From Octopus vulgaris (taxonomy: Eukaryota), in NCBI GenBank assembly GCA_951406725.2, contig OX597819.1:56606001-56670000 (forward strand): a stretch of 64,000 nt of DNA. The letters are read 5' to 3'. The notes below the pieces were generated by a model, which had not been told where the DNA came from, ran no database searches, and worked only from the letters and a program-made list of their open reading frames with translations. Position 1 is the first letter of the stretch. Each line of letters begins with the position of its first letter. Positions 14,552 to 27,849 of this stretch are shown piece after piece. Position numbers and translations under genes: made by a program.

Positions 14552-15201
14552 ATAGAAAAATATTAAAAGACAGAGACAAAGAGAAGCCACACCTAAAAAT
14601 ACGGCTATTCACCGATATAGACAAACATAAATCTATACACAGAAATAGACACAACACTTTCAATTGAGTTGAATATAACGTTAACGTTATTAATTTTGAA
14701 TGAACAGAAAATGAAAGAAAGGAAATATTTAGCCGTCAGTAGTAAATAAGATTACACACAAGCTTATATATACATAGATAAACGCACACATATGCACACA
14801 GATACACATGCATACAAACACACACACACACATCTATCACTATAAAGAAATCATCGAAATATGTGCACATATATATAAATACAAATTTATACACACGTAT
14901 ACGCTCATATTTTTATATTTATATAGACACTCCTCTCCAGACACAAGAAGTGATAACAAGTGAAGTAGACAACTAAATATCCCCAACGCGCGGGGACGTA
15001 GTAATATACACATTATATAGAAAATATTACCACAAGGCGATTCAGATCTCTCACTAAGTTTAATTTCCATATAATAAGAGAAACAATCAAAAGTACACCC
15101 TGTACGAACCAAGACACACTGAGATGTGTGTAGTCATACAATGAGATGATACATAAAAATTGGACTTCAAATTCTGAAGGTTTTATTACTAATTTGTAAT
15201 A

Positions 15202-15748
15202 TTGGGTTGTCCGGAAAGTTCGTGCCGATTTTTAAAGGAAAGAAAAAGGTCAGTAAATACTTGCCATTACCCAAGCTTTACCAGGTGCTCATGAACGACG
15301 GATTTTGATAGGTTGAGGCTTTCTGGCAATTCTCGGGGTGTGCAATGTGAGTTATTCTTCATTAATGAATTGATTTGGTCATCATCTGTAGTGGATGGCC
15401 TGCCTGATCGCTCTTTATCAATAAGGCTACAATCTCCAGCTCGAAACCTTGCGACCACTTCCATACAGTTCATTCGGATAAAGAAACATCACCGTAAACT
15501 GCGCATATTTCTTTGGTTGCTTGTGAGGCATTTTAACTTTACGGAAAATGAAAAGCATCAAGTGGCGAAAATAAACTTTCTTATCTTCCATTTTAAAGGG
15601 TTACAGAATTAAAACAGGTTCCACAAAAAGATAGCTTAATTTGAGCTCTAAATGGAGGTGTAGTCAAATCCTATTTTATGAACTCAAATATGTTCTAAAA
15701 TAAGTCGAAAGCTTCTATAAATCGGCACCAACTTTCTGGACAACCCAA
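15202..15748 (-). mobile_element. Mariner internal-deletion derivative (retains HTH region)
   Basis: TIRs TTGGGTTGTCCGGAAAGTTCGTGCCGATTT and AAATCGGCACCAACTTTCTGGACAACCCAA, with TA on both sides. ORF 15267-15473 RFRAGDCSLIDKERSGRPSTTDDD...HEHLVKLG matches the mariner N-terminal motif. Confidence 0.92.
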
Positions 15749-16034
15749 TAGAGTACTCGGGATTGCTCGGGTTATAGAGAATGACCTTAAATTCGTGATT
15801 AGATGTGGGGAGTGACTGAAAGAATACAAACTTAAGACTAATTCAAAAATGTTTGAGATTATTTCCACAACCAGTCAAGCGCAAAGGGCTACACACGAAC
15901 CAACTTTGTGAGATAGTTGTGATCTGTAAACTGTTTTGGACCGGAAAAAGAAGAGTGAACACGCAATGCGAATGTGCACACGGAATTCCTAAAACGGAAG
16001 AGTAAAATAAAAAAGCAATGCGCATATGTATAAC

Positions 16035-16103
16035 CCTTGTGAGTGGATTTGGTAGACGGAAACTGAAAGAAGCCCGTCGTATATATGTATGTATGTATGT
16101 ATG

Positions 16104-16160
<57 letters not shown>

Positions 16161-16367
16161 TTGTGTGTCTGTGTTTGTCTCCCAAGATCGCTTGACAACC
16201 GACGCTGTTGTATTTACATCCCCGCTACTTAGCGGTACGGCAAAAGTGACCGATAGAATACGTACTAGGCTTACAAGGAATAAGTCCTGGGTCGATTTGT
16301 TCGTCTAAAAGGCGGTGCTCCAACATGGCCGCAGTCAAATGACTGAAACAAGTAAAAGAATAAAGAG
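16035..16367 (+). mobile_element. SINE family A, 5'-truncated
   Basis: Body and tail match the other copies. Confidence 0.88.
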
Positions 16368-16559
16368 TAATGTGCATGTCAAAATGAAACGGAAGCGGAG
16401 AATAAAAATTCGACGTCAAGCAAATTATATGATAGTCTACATGCAACGTCTGACCCCGCTATCATGCAGCTTCGCTGCAATTTTCTTGTTTGCACCTGTA
16501 GGGGCTTTTTAGTGCAAAGGCTTTTCTAGTTAGCTCAGAATTGCAAATGGTGAAGTAGA

Positions 16560-17247
16560 AAACAAACTAGTTCTATCAATATAGCTGGTGACTAGCCGAT
16601 CTGATGATAATGTTTTAGCAGCGTTCCGATTTGAGCGACAAATTTTCCTACACAAATTGCTGTGATAGAGATCAGAAGTTGAAATATCCCTTAAAGAATT
16701 TTGAACTGGACATAAGTTTAGCCTTAAATTGTCCTTAATGAAGACTTGTGCTGAATGAAAGTATATTTAGTATTATAGGACACTAATGGCTATCCCTTGA
16801 ATGATATAAATTTGCTATCATATGATGTATATGACTCATTCAACGTTAATAACGTATTAATGCTGGACTTTTAAACGATATATAAATGTTTAAGTCATAC
16901 TAATTAAACAAGGGTACAGAACCAGGATTAAAAGCAGTTTAATTCTATTCGAAATTAATATTGAAATAAATGTGTTCCCTGTTATTCTCTTTACACTTTC
17001 TCTTTTACTCTTTTACTTATTTCAGTCATGTGACTGTTGCCATGCTAGAGCAAATCGACCCCAGGACTTATTCTTTGTAAGTCTAGTACTTAGTCTATAG
17101 GTCTCTCTTGCCGAACCGCTAAGTTACGGGGACGTAAACACACCAGCATCGGTTGTCAAGCGATGTTGCGGGACAAACACAGAAACACATACATATACAC
17201 ACACACATACATACATACATACATACATACATACATACATACATACA

Positions 17248-17281
<34 letters not shown>

Positions 17282-18330
17282 CACATATATGCGACGGGCT
17301 TCTTTCAGTTTCCATCTACCAAATCCAATCACAAGGCTTTGGACGGCCCGAGGCTAAAATAGAAGACACTTGCCCAAGGTGCCACGCAGTGGGACTGAAC
17401 CCGGAACCATGTGGTTCGTAAGAAATCTACTTACCACACAGTCACATCATTAAAAGAACATGAAGAAATTAATTTAAACCACGAGTGCATCCTTCGGATT
17501 CCAATGATCCATAGCAGTCTGTTGAATTCCAAATACGACTTTTTTTCCTGGAAGTGCTTGGAACAACTATATGTCGATGCTTTTGATTCAAGTGAATTTC
17601 TTAATTTTTTTTGCAGTAGTTAATATTGCAGTTTGAGGGACACATCCGGTGGGCCCAGTTTCTATAGGTGTAGTCATTAAAACTACAGCTCTTACTCAAG
17701 TTTGGTCAATGACGTTGTTATTATCAAAAAGGAATCTTTCCTCTCCATTTTGCAACATGCTAGCAAAACAATATCCAAGTTCTAGAAAAAAGAAAATCTT
17801 AGAAAAAGTAGCAATGGAGAAGTTAACGCTGAGAACAGAAACAAAATTTGTAGCGTGGCACAAGTAGCCAGCACCATTTTGTACGATATCTCACAGGCAG
17901 CTATTATCTTGTCCGAGACAAGAGCGAGATCTGGCGTACAACCGTTTGCCATGCGCGAGACTCTCCTCGACAACGACTTAAGCAGGTGCGAAAAACATTC
18001 AATCTCTTAGTTCTCTCCAGCTCGCTTACGCTGAGGGACGCTACGAAGCAGGCAGCTACAGCGGACTTTAACCCGCTCTAACCACATATGATATTCTCCA
18101 GAGGCAATGCGCCTCACGTGAGTGAAGACATCACAAGTCATGTGCTGCCATGAAGATAGACACCGGAAACGGGAAACAAGATCGGGAATCACAATAAATG
18201 ATTATTAAATTGCATCCGCTTGTGAGCTTCTTCTTTGGCATTCCAGATCCTTAAGACAGGAAATAATTGTAATGGGACAAGGTGATACTCTACCGGTATC
18301 ATGAACCTTTCCTTCCATTATACGTTTATA
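16560..18330 (+). pseudogene. Decayed class C GPCR-like Venus-flytrap (ANF_receptor) coding relic, interrupted by a SINE
   Basis: Collinear motifs across frameshifts: VLAAF (16612), DTNGYP...YDVY (16779), GFQ*SIAV (17496), LNSKYDFF/PG (17522), VDAFDS, then ORF 17649-17867 VGPVSIGV..T.AL.QVW...KQYPS.R...AM..L. Compare CaSR/mGluR GF.W.QAM..IN....LP...FDTC...VG..SS.V...L...IP...QYPSF.RT. Confidence 0.5.
16990..17440 (-). mobile_element. SINE family A with (CATA)n centre
   Basis: Head, CORE-like segment and tail are all present. Confidence 0.9.
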
Positions 18331-18369
18331 AGCGTTTAAAATCATAATGTTACTATTAATGATAATTCT

Positions 18370-18575
18370 TTCTAGAATAGGTACAAGGCATGGCATTTTT
18401 GGAGGAGAAGGATTGTCGAATGCCTCGACTCTAGTGCTCAACTGGTACTTATTTCATCGATCCCCGAAAGAAAGAAAGGCAATATCGACCTCTCAGAACT
18501 TGAACCTGAATGTAAAAACCAAAGAAAATGCCGTTAAGCATTTTGTCCAATGTGCTAGCAATTCTAGAAGCCCGC
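18370..18575 (-). mobile_element. SINE family B, degenerate
   Basis: AACTGGTACTTATTTCATCGATCCCCGAAAG...GGCAA matches the family B body. Confidence 0.7.
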
Positions 18576-19330
18576 CGTGCCACCCTCCCCCTCCCACCAC
18601 CACCAACAACAACAATAGCAGCAGCAACAGCAGCATCAGCAGCAGTAGCGTAAAAAACATCCCATAACTCATATTCTACGCGATTGGCATCTATGAGAAT
18701 AACAGAATATTTAAAATACAAGAAATGACCATTAAAAATCAATAAATCTTGATTGACAGAAACAAGCTTATGAAATAACACAGAACAAACAACTGAGATC
18801 TTCAACAAAATATTTGCACTGAAGCACAAAGCTAAATATATACATACTATATGACCTACTTCACTCAGTTTCTACGGTGGCATCGAACAAATGAAAAAAG
18901 AACCAAAAAAAATAGATGCTAACGGTTACAAAGCATTTTGATAAGTTTACTTGACCAAGGCTTCTATGTGGTCAATAGGCCTTCTAAAAATAGCCACCAA
19001 TTTATTCTTAAATTGAACTTTGCCATCTTAAATTTGGAAGGAAACTTTGGATTAATTACGAAATACACTGTGAATGAAAAAGAATAAGTGTTACAATAGT
19101 AAGTCTGCTCAATTATGGATATCCTCAATGTAAATATCAATAATATTAACAGAATTTCAAACACTGTGCAAAGGAATTAAAATGAAAATATACGTTACAA
19201 CAAAGATACACACTGGATTAGATATACGGTGGAGTAGAGAAATGAAATGACACCACGTGTAATCTAGTGGAATTAAAGTGAAACTTTCAGTAATAATGAC
19301 AGCAACTGGATATCTTAGACGCTTCTAAGT

Positions 19331-19625
19331 GAATTCGTCTACAATTCGTCTGTGTGTGGTTGCATGCGTGTGTGGTTGTATGTATGTGTGCGTGCGTGTG
19401 TGTGGTTGTATGTAGCTGTGCGTGCGTGTGTGTGTGATTGTATGTGTATGCGTATGGTTGTATGCAAGCGTGTGTGGTTGTATGTGTGTGTATGTGGTTG
19501 TATGAGTGTGCGCATATGTGTGTGTGTGTAGTTGTAGATGAATTGCATCCGTAGATAAATTGTTGTAGATGAATTGTAGATGAATTGTTGTAGGCGAATT
19601 TTTGTAGATGAATTCGTCGGACACC
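19331..19625. mobile_element. Small element with inverted subterminal repeats around a GTGTGGTTGTAT-type minisatellite
   Basis: Left end AATTCGTCTACAATTCGTCT; the right end carries about 6 copies of its complement TGTAGATGAATT. Confidence 0.55.
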
Positions 19626-19964
19626 ATCTTAAATATGAGAAAATTACCCATTCTCCGGTTAAAATAGTTCAGTAGCTGCGGTTCGTGGTCCATGCCGATG
19701 CTCTGCCTCCGACAGACCAAATTCTCGTTATCAAGAGGGTATATTAGACGTGAATGTGATTTTATTATGGGTTTTTGTTTGTTTTGTTGGCTCTTTGCTG
19801 ATTCTAGGTATTTATTAACCATTCAGATGGCCTTTGTGGCTCATGATGACGTTTGCATTTCTCTTCGGAAAGAGATATTTTGATCAATCTAATTTTCTTC
19901 ACGCATGAAATACAGAGCATCTCTATATATTGACTTAAAATCCTCCTAATTAAATAGTTATTGG

Positions 19965-20257
19965 TTGTTCCTTCTCAATCTACGCCTGGCTCATAAGGGG
20001 CGATTTCCCGGTTTCCTTCGCGTATAGGTTTCCCACTTGGACTGGACGCCGGTCCGTTGCAGGTGAGCTGCAAGATGCAGGAGAAAAGAGTGAGAGAAAG
20101 TTGTGGCGAAAGAGTCAGCAGAAGTTCGCCATTACCCTTTGTCGGAGCTGCGTGGAGCTAAGGTGTTTCGCTCATAAACACACACATCGCCCGGTTTGAG
20201 ATTCGCTCCCGCGATCCTTCGACCGCGAATCTGCTGCTCTAACTACTAAGCCTCCAC
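19965..20257 (-). mobile_element. tRNA-derived SINE family C
   Basis: Reverse complement matches 50980-51290 along its length. Confidence 0.85.
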
Positions 20258-21129
20258 TATTGAATATTTAAGATGACTATATTTTCTTTCAGTATCACTG
20301 TTATCTTAAATTACAGAATAGTATCAATTTTAGAATTTCGCTACATCCACGAAATAGTTAATGAAGACAAAAAAAAAAAAAGCACAATAGTTTGTTCTAT
20401 TTGCATTCTCTAGACATTTACAAGTTTTACCTCTATAAAACGGTGCAAATGGGAATGCTTCCTACTAGTAAGAACGGAAGCGTTTCCCCCGGCCAAAAAA
20501 AAAAAAATACATCAATTACAAATTCACTGTTATAGTTGCTGTTATAGTCTCGTTCTTATTTTTACTATAACCACAACTGAAAATATTGTTGTTGCGGTTA
20601 TTATCATGTGTCTACATTCATATTATCCTCTTTCTTCATACCACTGAAAGAAAACTGTTCTACAACAAATTTGCACTTTCGAGCATAAATGCAGATTTAG
20701 ATTCATATTGAGACACTGATTTGAAATATGACTTCAACATTTGTCTAACACGTCAATTGCAGCCACTGAAAATGTAAAACTGTAATGTGTTGGTATTTCA
20801 GAAAAGTTAGCAGCGATATTAATTTTTGGTTTTAAACAATCCCTTTGGCTTAAAACGTTACTAAGCGAGCACACCACAATCTTTTGCTGTTTTATTACAG
20901 TGAAATAATAAGAGAAAAAGACTATATCTCCCCCATCTACAAAAACAAAATAAAAAAACCCACAATTTTGCGGAATAGTTCATTAAGTCATTTTCTAGAT
21001 TAACATCCTGAAGGAAAGACATTATTTGAGCTAGACTTGGACTATTACGACACAGAAATTATGGACTGAAAAGTGTTATTAGCTGAGAGATCTGAAAAGC
21101 AGATGAACTTATAGAAATAGACTGTAAAA

Positions 21130-22920
21130 TTTGAATGGTTATGGGAATGGGATTGGGGTTTTAAATGTATCTATTTAGACGTTTGTCACACTTTTATTAT
21201 CCAAGGAAAGTTGTAAACAGATATACCGCTTCTTCTGAAGAATAAACTATCAATTTCTAAGGGCTACTTGAGTAGGAAACGAGTTTGAAATATATCCTAC
21301 TTGAAGAATTTTCCCAAGTTGGTTTGAATATAACACTAATCCGTTAACGGCAAGCAGTGCTTCTTAATTTATCTTAGCGTTAGTTGGTTTTATATCCAGG
21401 TATTCAAACATAAAGATACCTAACTGTTAAACAGTGTTTCGACATTGTCTGACTTTTCTAATTTATGCTTGCGATTTAATACAACCAGAACTTGTAAGTG
21501 TAGTAAGTTCACGCGCAGCCTAGTATCATTTGTTGATACTTTGCCACAGTAACTCAGCGAACGATTGGTACAGATATTTTCAAGTGAGCATATTTTAAAT
21601 TATTTTGTGTGAATTTCGACCATGAAGACGAACAATACTACCGATTTGGTGTCATAAATCCGAAGCAATGGACTTGAATGAGAACAAAATTTAGCGTGCG
21701 AATTGTCGATGGTAGATGTCTTTGGGAAGTTTAAAAGAAGAGCATTAATGAAATCTTGTGGATAAGTTACTTGATAGAGAGTCTTATTTTTAGAAGCTAA
21801 AAGATATTAAAGTGCATTTATTTCGTAGCAATTTATAATAATTTCTCAACTATTTATAACGAATTATTTAAGTGTAAGGAGAATATATCTACAAATAAAT
21901 AATAGAAATGCTATGCCAAGGACTGTAAAATACACATGTTATGAAAGATAAGTGTTGATGCCTAATAAGAAAACAAGACAAAAGTGCAAGTACGGCTTTT
22001 GTGTAACAGATTCTTATTTTTTTAATAAATGCTTTATAAAAAGACAAAATCCAAAACAAATATACTCTTAAATGTAAGTGAAAATGGCCAGATCTTCCAA
22101 TAATACAGCTAAAAGATTATACAATACTGTATTAATGTTCGTTTATGCATTTCATGCACAATGCATTAGGAAAATTTAGAAAGCATCTCTGAGAAACATA
22201 TTGACAACATATGCAAATGAATTTGATATCAGCGCCTCCTGATTAGTTTAGAATGGACACATTTCATAAAAATGGTCAAATTTATTATTCCTCTTGTTGG
22301 CGCCGCTAATATTGCTAGAAAATTTGCTACAATTTATTCGTTTGGACCTAATACTTACTCAAATCATTCGTAGTTTCTTTCCGTTACAATAGGCTTTTAT
22401 CAATCACACCAGTGAGTTGTCCCTTCATGCTCAGCAATAATAATAAAGACATAAAGACGTATTATTCTCACATGTTTGTACTCTAGGTAGACCTTATCAT
22501 ATTACGAGCCTCGTGCTATTTGCGACACTGCAAACAATGCATTGATTTCCTGTCATTGGCAGGACTCCGAATAAGTACGAGGAACTCTAACAGTCACCAT
22601 GTTATTCACGCTATTCCTTTATCTGATGTTCTGTAAGCAAATTATTTGATGTTACTGTTTGGAATCATGTAATTTATAGAAAGCTTCAGTTAGTATGAAG
22701 TGTTTCGGATTAGTAGGAATTGTGAAAGTTAATGTGTGTTATTAAACATAGACCTGAAAATTGGGGAGTTGTAGATATAGAAACAAATACCATTGTCCAA
22801 CAAAAATTTTCATATTTAATATTTTCTTTTAAAAGGTGGCTGGTGGGGTCCACAATTAGAAGTGAGCCAGCAATTTCAGATGGTAGAATGCAACTATTTA
22901 AATCAACTTCTTTTATATAG
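21130..22920 (+). pseudogene. Decayed class C GPCR-like relic: one near-complete VFT domain, Cys linker, start of a second VFT
   Basis: Ordered motifs: GFKCIYLDVCH (21157), SRYSNIKIP (~21395), STLSDF..F..TRT (21438), LYNTVLMFVYAFHAQC (22117), FHKNG (22262), IGFY (22389), SCYLRHCKQC (22511), SDVL..LFDV (22622), KVN..LKIG (22725-22765), LVGS....AIS...QLFK (22840). Spacing is broadly similar to mGluR-type VFTs; many stops and frameshifts. Confidence 0.55.
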
Positions 22921-24704
22921 ACCGTAGATGGATGCAAAAATTAAAAGCTAACATTGACTGGACTTCACCTTGAAAAGAAGTACATAACAAAACATGGTTA
23001 TTTGCTATTTATTATTATTCTATTGTTTATAGTTGATATTGTCTGTCGTTATTCTATTTTAGACCCAGACCAACTCTAATTAGGCAGAAATATGATGAAA
23101 GCTATTAGGCAATATTTATCTTGTTATGTTACATATTTTTCGTCCAGTTCTAATATATATCATGAAGAGTTATAATTTATATTATGTTATTCCTTTTAAA
23201 GGAGGTAACATATGATTTGATGAAAACTCGGCTGCTATTTATTGAGGGTCAAGTCATCATATAGAGGCTCTTATGTTTGATTAAATACGTACTATTATTT
23301 CATTCGGATTGTTGACTAAATTCTCCAGGATCCGACTCTGTCTTTTATTCGTGAAATAAATAACGCTTCTCTTTTGTTTATAGGAACCCATATTTCACGT
23401 CATTGGCATAAACAACTTTCCATTAGAGGCTGTTATCATTGTTCAACCGATTTTATCACTTATCCAGAAATTTTATGGTAGAAACCATCCTATAACTGAC
23501 AAATCCAGTTTCTACTTTATCTGGGTTCGCAATATCAAATATACAATTCCTTTCTGACGGGGATGCGACATGGTTTGGCCGAATATTTGGGTGCCGTTTC
23601 AAAGCTGTCACCTTTGTTCATTTATTCACTTAACTCATTCAAACGGTTAATTTAGCCATTTGGAAAGTTATCTCCCTTTCTAAAGAAAATGCGCTTGGTG
23701 AAAAGTCAAACATTATTTGTCTTGGAAATCAGGAGGGCGCTCGACGCAAATTGATATTGCTGACCTGTTCTTTCAGGTCCAAAGAAAAATTCTTAAATAT
23801 AACATTTTCTTCATTTATATCACAAAAGTGTATTTCTTTTCCCCGTTGATCATGGTAAGAAAGAAATTAAGAATAGGTTTTGAATATGGCAGCCATTTCA
23901 GAGTAGAAAACAATCGTTGCTGATAATGATGATATTGTTTTTAAGCTTCAAGTCAACTCGACTCGGGCAAACATATCTTTGCTTAAATGCATTACATTCG
24001 AACCATAACATATTTATGTTTTTAAGGAGATAGCATAATCTAATGTGCCCTTGTGTCATTTTAAAAACTGCAGGATGTGCGTTTTGATAGTGTTTTGAAT
24101 AATATTTATGGAAGGTCGCTGGATCATGCAGATTCTCGTTCGTTAGATTAGGTGTTAGTTACTGGTCTGTTAAATCCATGATTGGGATTCAATTCTGTTT
24201 CGTGGCTTCACTATAGATTAACTTAATAACATCCGACGTTTAATATTTCTTACATATATTTGACGAAGTAGTTTACGTCAGAAACACTTGTTAATAGAGT
24301 GTGAAAAATACGGAAATAAAATTCATGTTTAATATTGAAAGTTGAAGAAAAATATGATTATGCCTCCTTCAATCAGTGGTTAGTTTCTCTTTTTGAAATT
24401 GTTTCCTCCAATTGTTATGTTAACCTTTAATCGCAAGAAACAAGCTTTGAAAAGATAAATATCACATTCATTGAAATTATCAGGAAAAAAATCTTCTATC
24501 AAATATTTGAAGTGAAACAAAGGTTTAATAAAAAATTAACTTCGCAGAGAAAAAAAAAATCTGAGAAAGATATCTATAATTAAATCATAGGCAAAAAATT
24601 TTTTCCTTCAAATGAATAGTTTGAGAAAAAAAATTCAAACAAAAATATACACCAATGCAGATTATGGTGATTTTGTTTTTTTATCTAAAGCTATGCTTTC
24701 ATTG

Positions 24705-24930
24705 TTATGGCACGCGGACTAGTAGTTAGAGAACTGTACTCGCGATCGTGGTTTCGTTTACTGGAGCGGGGTGCGTTGTGTTCTTTAGTAAAGTACTTCA
24801 TTTCACGTTGCCACACTCAGTTGCACACAATTTTAAGCAATAGCTTAGAAGGAAACCCCAAGATGGATCGGCATCTAGTTCAAGGGTCATTTTTGAAAAT
24901 TTCACTTACTTATACGCCAATGAAACCAGG
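24705..24930 (+). mobile_element. SINE family D, old
   Basis: Degenerate head plus ACTTCATTTCACGTTG and GATGGA...TGAAACC segments. Confidence 0.65.
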
Positions 24931-25004
24931 TTAAATTTTGGCTTCTGACAAACATTAACCTTTGTTTTACTTATACAAAAGATGTTTATATACATATGCA
25001 ATAG

Positions 25005-25293
25005 GTTCTCTCGGCGTTAGACGGCGTACGAGGATTCGACAATATCTTACCGAACTAACACACAGATGATTTGTTTATTGTGATCAAATGTTTGTATAGA
25101 CACAAGCTCACTCCCTCCATCAGATCGACATTACCTGTACAAGTGCAACGGGTGCCACATGTCGAAATTATCGCAGAGCAACGGGAAATGAAGTGCTTTG
25201 CTCAAGAGCAAGACGCAACGCCCGGTCTGGGAATCGAACCCCCGATCTCGCTATTGTGAGTGCAACACCTTAACCACTAAGTCATGCGCCTTC
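25005..25293 (-). mobile_element. SINE family D head with another tail variant
   Basis: Minus-strand head GTGAAGGCGCATGACTTAGTGGTTAAGG...GGTTCGATTCCCAGACCGGG has A- and B-box-like sequence. Confidence 0.75.
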
Positions 25294-25388
25294 ACACACA
25301 CATACACAGCACACACAAACACACAAATATGTATGTATGAGTGGTGTGAGTGTGTTTGTGTATGTATAATTGCATATGTGTTTATGTG

Positions 25389-25469
<81 letters not shown>

Positions 25470-26040
25470 ATTTGTGTGTGTATGTATAAGTGCATATATG
25501 AGTTTGTGCGTCTATGTTTATGGACATCAGCCACAGTCACTGCTTCCTGTAAATTGAGAAGCGTTTTTATTAGTCTGCAATGTGGACGACATTGAGTCAG
25601 CAGTAGGAAAAGGGGTTTCCTTTATATCTAGAATTTTCAACATCTTATCAGTTGCCGGTTCTCGAATAACGCAGACGCTAACGACATACACAAATAAGCA
25701 ACGTTCGGTGAATAATAACAATAACAAAAAAATATATATATTTATACAATATCCATAATCTTCAAAATATCGACATTTAAATTCTAAGACGATTGCAATA
25801 ATCAGTAAGATAAGCCAAAGAAAAACATGCAAATAAATATGAAAAATCAGCATTTTGTAAAGTCAAACAACTGTGCGTATATATATATATATATATATAT
25901 ATGCATATATATATATATATATATATATACATACATACATATATCTATATATTTATATATATATTATATATTTTATATGTGTATATATATATGAATATAT
26001 ATATATATATTATATATATATCATATGTATATATTATATA

Positions 26041-26078
<38 letters not shown>

Positions 26079-26215
26079 CACCAGGCCCTTAAAAGCGTTA
26101 TACGCTGGCAGCAATGTCTGAGGATTTGAATAAAGTAGATAATCAATGTTAGTAATATAAGTCTTTTCCAGAGAAATTATATGTATGTAAGAATGTAGGT
26201 ATGTATGTATTTATG

Positions 26216-26258
<43 letters not shown>

Positions 26259-26711
26259 TTGTATGTATATATATATATATATATATATATAAAGATAAAT
26301 AAATAAATTGATAGATAGATGGACCGATAAAGAGAGAGAGAGAGAGAGAAAGAGACAGAAAAGTGGAGGGAGAGAAAGAGAGATGCTTCAGTTTTAAAGA
26401 TAGTGATATAATGTTACTGTAGAACTGAGAAAAAAAATGAGAAAAAAGAAATTCAGTAAACTAACGGAATAACCTGAGCCGAAGAAATACAGTCAACACT
26501 CAGTTTTTTCAATATGACATCAAAGATAACTTAGAATATGGCTTTACACAATTCTACGTTGATGCCATGTTTTTTTTTTTTTTTCTGTTTTCTGTGAATT
26601 CAGCAAACGTGGCGCAATTCATATTATGTGCGGAGAGATATACTTATGTTGTCGGCTGTGATGGTTCATATTTCGTGTTATCTGCTATTGATGAAAAAAG
26701 AGAGATAGAAA

Positions 26712-26742
<31 letters not shown>

Positions 26743-26854
26743 AAGAAAGAGTGAGAGAGAGGGAGGAAGAGAGATTTATATAAAATTAATTTCATTAGTT
26801 TTGTGTTAGGTGTCGATGTAATTCATGTTGCACTGGAGAAGTTCTGTCCCTAAG

Positions 26855-27059
26855 TCTGAGAGGGGACAAACAAGGGCAGACAAAGGGATTAAGTCGATTA
26901 TATCGATCCCAGTGCGTAACTGGTACTTATTTAATCGACCCCGAAAGAATGAAAGGCAAAGTCGACTTCGGCGGAATTTGAACTCAGAACGTAGCGACAG
27001 ACGAAATACTGCTGAGCATTTCGCCCGGCGTGCTAACGTTTCTGCCAGCTCGCCGCCTT
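26855..27059 (-). mobile_element. SINE family B
   Basis: GGCGGCGAGCTGGCAGAAACGTTAGCACG head and GCCTTTCATTCTTTCGGGGTCG...AAGTACCAG central domain on the minus strand. Confidence 0.9.
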
Positions 27060-27849
27060 AGTCTGAGAAATAATCTTGATTTCATGTGTCGGCACGTGTC
27101 TGAGGAATGATATTAACACTCGATAAGTTGGAAATAAGCGTTTGAGTATGTGTGTATCGTTTATTGATTTGGAAGGTCGTATAAGTAAGGAATTAGTAAA
27201 TAAGTCAGTAGAAATCCTTGTGGTTTCCATTTAAGAAATTGCAAGGACACCCCTTTTGGTTGCTTATCCATCCTAGAGGTATTGAATTCGTTACATAGTT
27301 TTAGTGAGATGAGAGCATGTGTGTTATCCACTATAAAGTGTTGTTGATATTCTCATTGTTATATAAAATCTGTTCAGCTGTGATCGAGCAGTGCTTGTCA
27401 GATGAACGATAATGTAGGAAAGGTAAGGTACACACCAAATAGTAAACATGATATGATTTCACTTAGCTAACCACTGCTTTGCACATTTTTACCTGTGGTA
27501 TAGTGTTGCAAAAAATAAAATTTTCTCCTCTTCTAAACAAAACATAAAGACATCTGCTCTTCGATTCTATGAAAGATGAGGAAACGTTCTGTTTTATTGT
27601 TTTGCTATCGCGGATTTAATTATTCTTGAAGAGTTCGGTTAAACGAACGAAAGCGCTCTAATAAAGAATTATCCAAAATTTTGTCTGCCTCCTTTTTCTT
27701 AATATACAATACCTGGGCACCATTTCAAAAACGCTATACATGCATACATACACGCATACATAATACATACATACATATATAAATGTAAAAACCTTACTGT
27801 TGACAAATGCTGCGTGGTGTTCACTTATTAAATAAAAATTAAAAAATGC

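Noticed and set aside
17470-17830. Minus-strand reading VRAVVLMTT...KFT*IKS that also looks VFT-like
   Set aside because: The plus strand gives a longer collinear motif chain, so this is likely the antisense shadow. It also shows that by-eye motif matching can mislead.
25575-25660. Hammerhead-like CTGATAA...GAAAC on the minus strand (similar weak cases at 47385-47430 and 52940-52955)
   Set aside because: Stems II/III or the cleavage triplet cannot be formed convincingly.
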